From contig NC_042997.1 of NCBI RefSeq assembly GCF_006345805.1, positions 52,266,001 to 52,330,000 on the forward strand: a stretch of 64,000 nt of DNA. Direction: 5' to 3'. Positions 61,046 to 64,000 of this stretch are shown here, piece by piece. The notes below the pieces were generated by a model that saw only the letters and a list, made by a program, of their open reading frames with translations, made no database searches and was not told the DNA's origin. This DNA comes from Octopus sinensis (lineage: Eukaryota). Each line of letters opens with the position of its first letter. Positions within the stretch are counted from its first letter, which is position 1. Position numbers and translations under genes: made by a program.

Positions 61046-63716
61046 CAGGCCAAATTACCATAGTGACCCCTTATACTATTGTTGGTTATTATGTTATTAT
61101 ATGTGATAGCAACGGTGATGTTTTTTTTAATATGTTAACTAGCAAATGTACCAATGGTGGTTCATCAGAAACTTCACACAAATGTTATATGCACCACTGG
61201 TGGTACATTTTCCTAATTTGAGAAAATATTTTACTCTGTATTTTTGACATGGTTTTCAGGATATCTAAATAACACGAGTGTTAAATATTAAAATTTAATT
61301 ATGAAATGTAAAAATGCAAAAAAATTACATTTCATTGTAATCAAACAGTATGGCTGGAAATATGTGGTGTCACTGGTAAGTTCTAGTAACAGGCAGCCGT
61401 GACAGTTAACATATTAATATCAAACATTATAAGCACAAGATCCTAAATTTGAGAGAATGAGATCATAATAGATTAAATCAGCTCTAAATACTTGTATATA
61501 ATTAATCAACTCTGGAAAGACAAAAAAAAACAAGGTCAGTTATGGCTGGATTTGAACTTAGAGCATGAAGGGATGTAATATTTTGTTTGACACTTTACTG
61601 ATCCTGCCATTTAATGTGCTCTTTGCAATGGTTGGTTTTATCTTTTGTCTTTTACTTGTTCCAGTCATTGGACTGCAGCCATGCTGGGGCACTACCTTGA
61701 AAGGATACAGTCAAACAAATTGACCTCAGTACTCATTTTTTAAAGTTTGGTACTTATTCTATCAGTCTCTGTTGCAAACCTGCTAAGTTATGGATATGTA
61801 AATAAACCAACATCATTTGCTGAGCAGTGGGAAGGGGACAAACACAAAGACACACCCACACATACACAACAGACTTCCACACAGTTTCCGTCCACCAAAT
61901 TCACTCACTTGGGCTGTGTAGTAGAAGACACCCGCCCAAAGTGCTTTGCTGTTGAACTGAATCTGAAACCATATTGTTGTAAAGCAAGCTTCTTAACCAC
62001 ATAGCCATTATATTTTATATTTAGTACAGGCACAGTCACAGTTGTGTAGTTAGAAGCTTGCTTCAGCACAATGTAGTTCCAGATATTCACTCTCACTACT
62101 TGGTACCTTGAGCTGGTTTCTTTTATCATCACCTTCAATTGAACAATACCTTGTGAGTAGAAGCATATGAGGTGTGAGTGTTCATGCATGTATGTTTGTA
62201 TGTTATGTTTTATGTTCATACACTATATCTTGCTACAGTGCATGAACATAAAATATTAACATAAAGGAGAAAAACAAAAACAATTCCTTGAGATATTTGT
62301 TCTTCATTGAGTTACAGATGCCTGCTGGTCATTCCTACTGTTACAAAATGAGCCAAGGTGTCACACAATGGGATCAAACCAGGAAGCTCATAGTTGAAGA
62401 ACAAACTTTTTAACCACAATGTCATGTCAACATTCATATATAAATAACCAGTATGTTAAATCCTTCCCGTGTGTTTTCTGATAGTTTTTCACAACAGATA
62501 TTTATGACAGATAACAACTACTGTATCATGTTAAATCTTGTAATATTTTCCTTTTTGGTCTTGTGGCAAGTAATGAGAGTTAGCTATTTACAATTAGTCA
62601 GAAAATTTTATGATGGCATTCAGAGTTCCATACGTTCTACTAATTTTTCTAATCCCACCCCACTTAATACAATATCTACCAATAAGATACTGAATTAGAT
62701 TTAATCAAACTAACTCATCTTCTTCATTTATTTTTACTGTAGTTGCTAATATTGTTTTATTATCATGTTTTTGTAACATTGAGCTTTACTCTAATAAAAA
62801 TACTAACACTATAGATATATTTATTATAGCTGATCTTATTTATTCCAACTAATATTTGCTTTGCTGCTATATGAAGATCTGTCAGATATTTCTGGTAAAG
62901 GAAATAATGAGATGTTTGTGTTTGAGAACAGAAAAGAATAGAATAGAGTAACAGCAATTCACTAGTTTATTTTGACACTTTGTTAATCTTCATCCTGCCT
63001 GGAGCATCCTTATTGCTTTGTGCATCCTTATGTCAATGTTAAGAATTGGTTGGCAGCTGCTGCTGTTTAGATTAGTTGAACATTTCATTTGATATTCAAT
63101 TTGTCTCTATCTCATTCACTCACTCTCTCCCTCACACACACACACACACACATACACAAACACACAGCATGATAAACAACAAAAGTTAAAGATAATACCA
63201 GGGGCAAGGCTATGCATGCTTTACAAAAGCTCTGAATGAATTTTAAATAACAAGGGAATACAAGCCTGCTACTGATTGAGTTGCGTGTGAAAGAGTTAAA
63301 GAGTTGGATTTTAAAATCTCCTTTGGTTCAACAGAAAATTGTGATTAAATTTTGGGATTAATCTCATAATGGTAATCAGTCTGTGTATGTGTTTGTGCGT
63401 GCGTACTTGTCACATCACAACATTTTCAGAATTATTGTTTGTCTCTCTGTTCATCTGTTATTGTGCAACTTAAATCATTCACTTGCAGCATTTACTAACT
63501 AATAATAATGTGTGTAGTGGGTTGACATGTCAGTAGAGTATTTAGGTTTAGAAGATCTGAAAGGTCTGTCCTAGAACTAAGTACATAGTTTGAATAATAA
63601 AGTTTCAGAAGTCTACATCTGTGTCTGGAATCTATAACATTGATCTTAAATCCCTGTCTGATTCCGTAAGACTGCTGTGTATGTGCAGCATGCACCCAAG
63701 TTTATATATATACCGC

Positions 63717-63900
63717 GTGTGTACTGTTGGCGATTTTTTCTTTTCCTCTGTCTTCCCTTCTCTGGATCTTTCCTTCTATGTTTCCGACGAAGAGCTCCGC
63801 TCGAAACGTTAAACCCTCCTTCTTTCCTGAGCGTCCAATAATACTATATTTGTTCCACGTCCTCGCGTTGTTGTGTTTTTTTGTGCTTTCATGTTTGGAT

Positions 63901-63905
<5 letters not shown>
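63717..63905 (+). mobile_element. Short Penelope-like (pLTR-type) repeat within (TA)n
   Basis: About 190-bp pyrimidine-rich unit between TA tracts that contains a hammerhead core; PLE assignment inferred from the ribozyme type. Confidence 0.6.
63780..63814 (+). ncRNA. Minimal type-I hammerhead ribozyme motif
   Basis: GTTT-CCGACGA-A-GAGC tcc GCTC-GAAA-CG-TT-AAAC: stem I GTTT/AAAC, core C(C)GAnGA, stem II GAGC/GCTC, GAAA and palindromic stem III AACGTT. Confidence 0.7.
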
Positions 63906-63938
<33 letters not shown>

Positions 63939-64000
63939 TAATTCTCAGTCTTATCATTAGTGGTGCGAAGCTGAGTATTACCGTTTTGGTTGATAACTGA

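Overview
AT-rich, repeat-dense animal genomic DNA. The SINE/RTE-LINE repertoire and microsatellite style point to a coleoid cephalopod, probably Octopus (inference). The only confidently identified host gene is Notchless/NLE1 (+ strand). Three internal WD40 exons (261-416, 16674-16809, 18429-18475) splice in frame across 16.3-kb and 1.6-kb introns. I could not find the remaining NLE1 3' exons, so 18.5-64 kb is probably one very large intron. The rest is mostly transposon debris: RTE, CR1, R4/Dong-like and HERO-like non-LTR fragments, two TIR-bounded Tc1/mariner elements, mariner and piggyBac-type MITEs, three Helitron derivatives, at least three tRNA-SINE families and many microsatellites. The most interesting signals are (i) a minimal type-I hammerhead ribozyme fold at 63780-63814 in a Penelope-like repeat; (ii) three unrelated 120-137-bp-arm hairpins sharing one architecture inside (TA)n tracts; (iii) clusters of strong splice signals suggesting unannotated nested or antisense transcripts with microexons; and (iv) RTE copies with a PHD-like finger, a shared truncation point and a hairpin tandem array in the 3' UTR. 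No database searches or folding were run; TE family names come from motif recognition, and unidentified exon calls are tentative.
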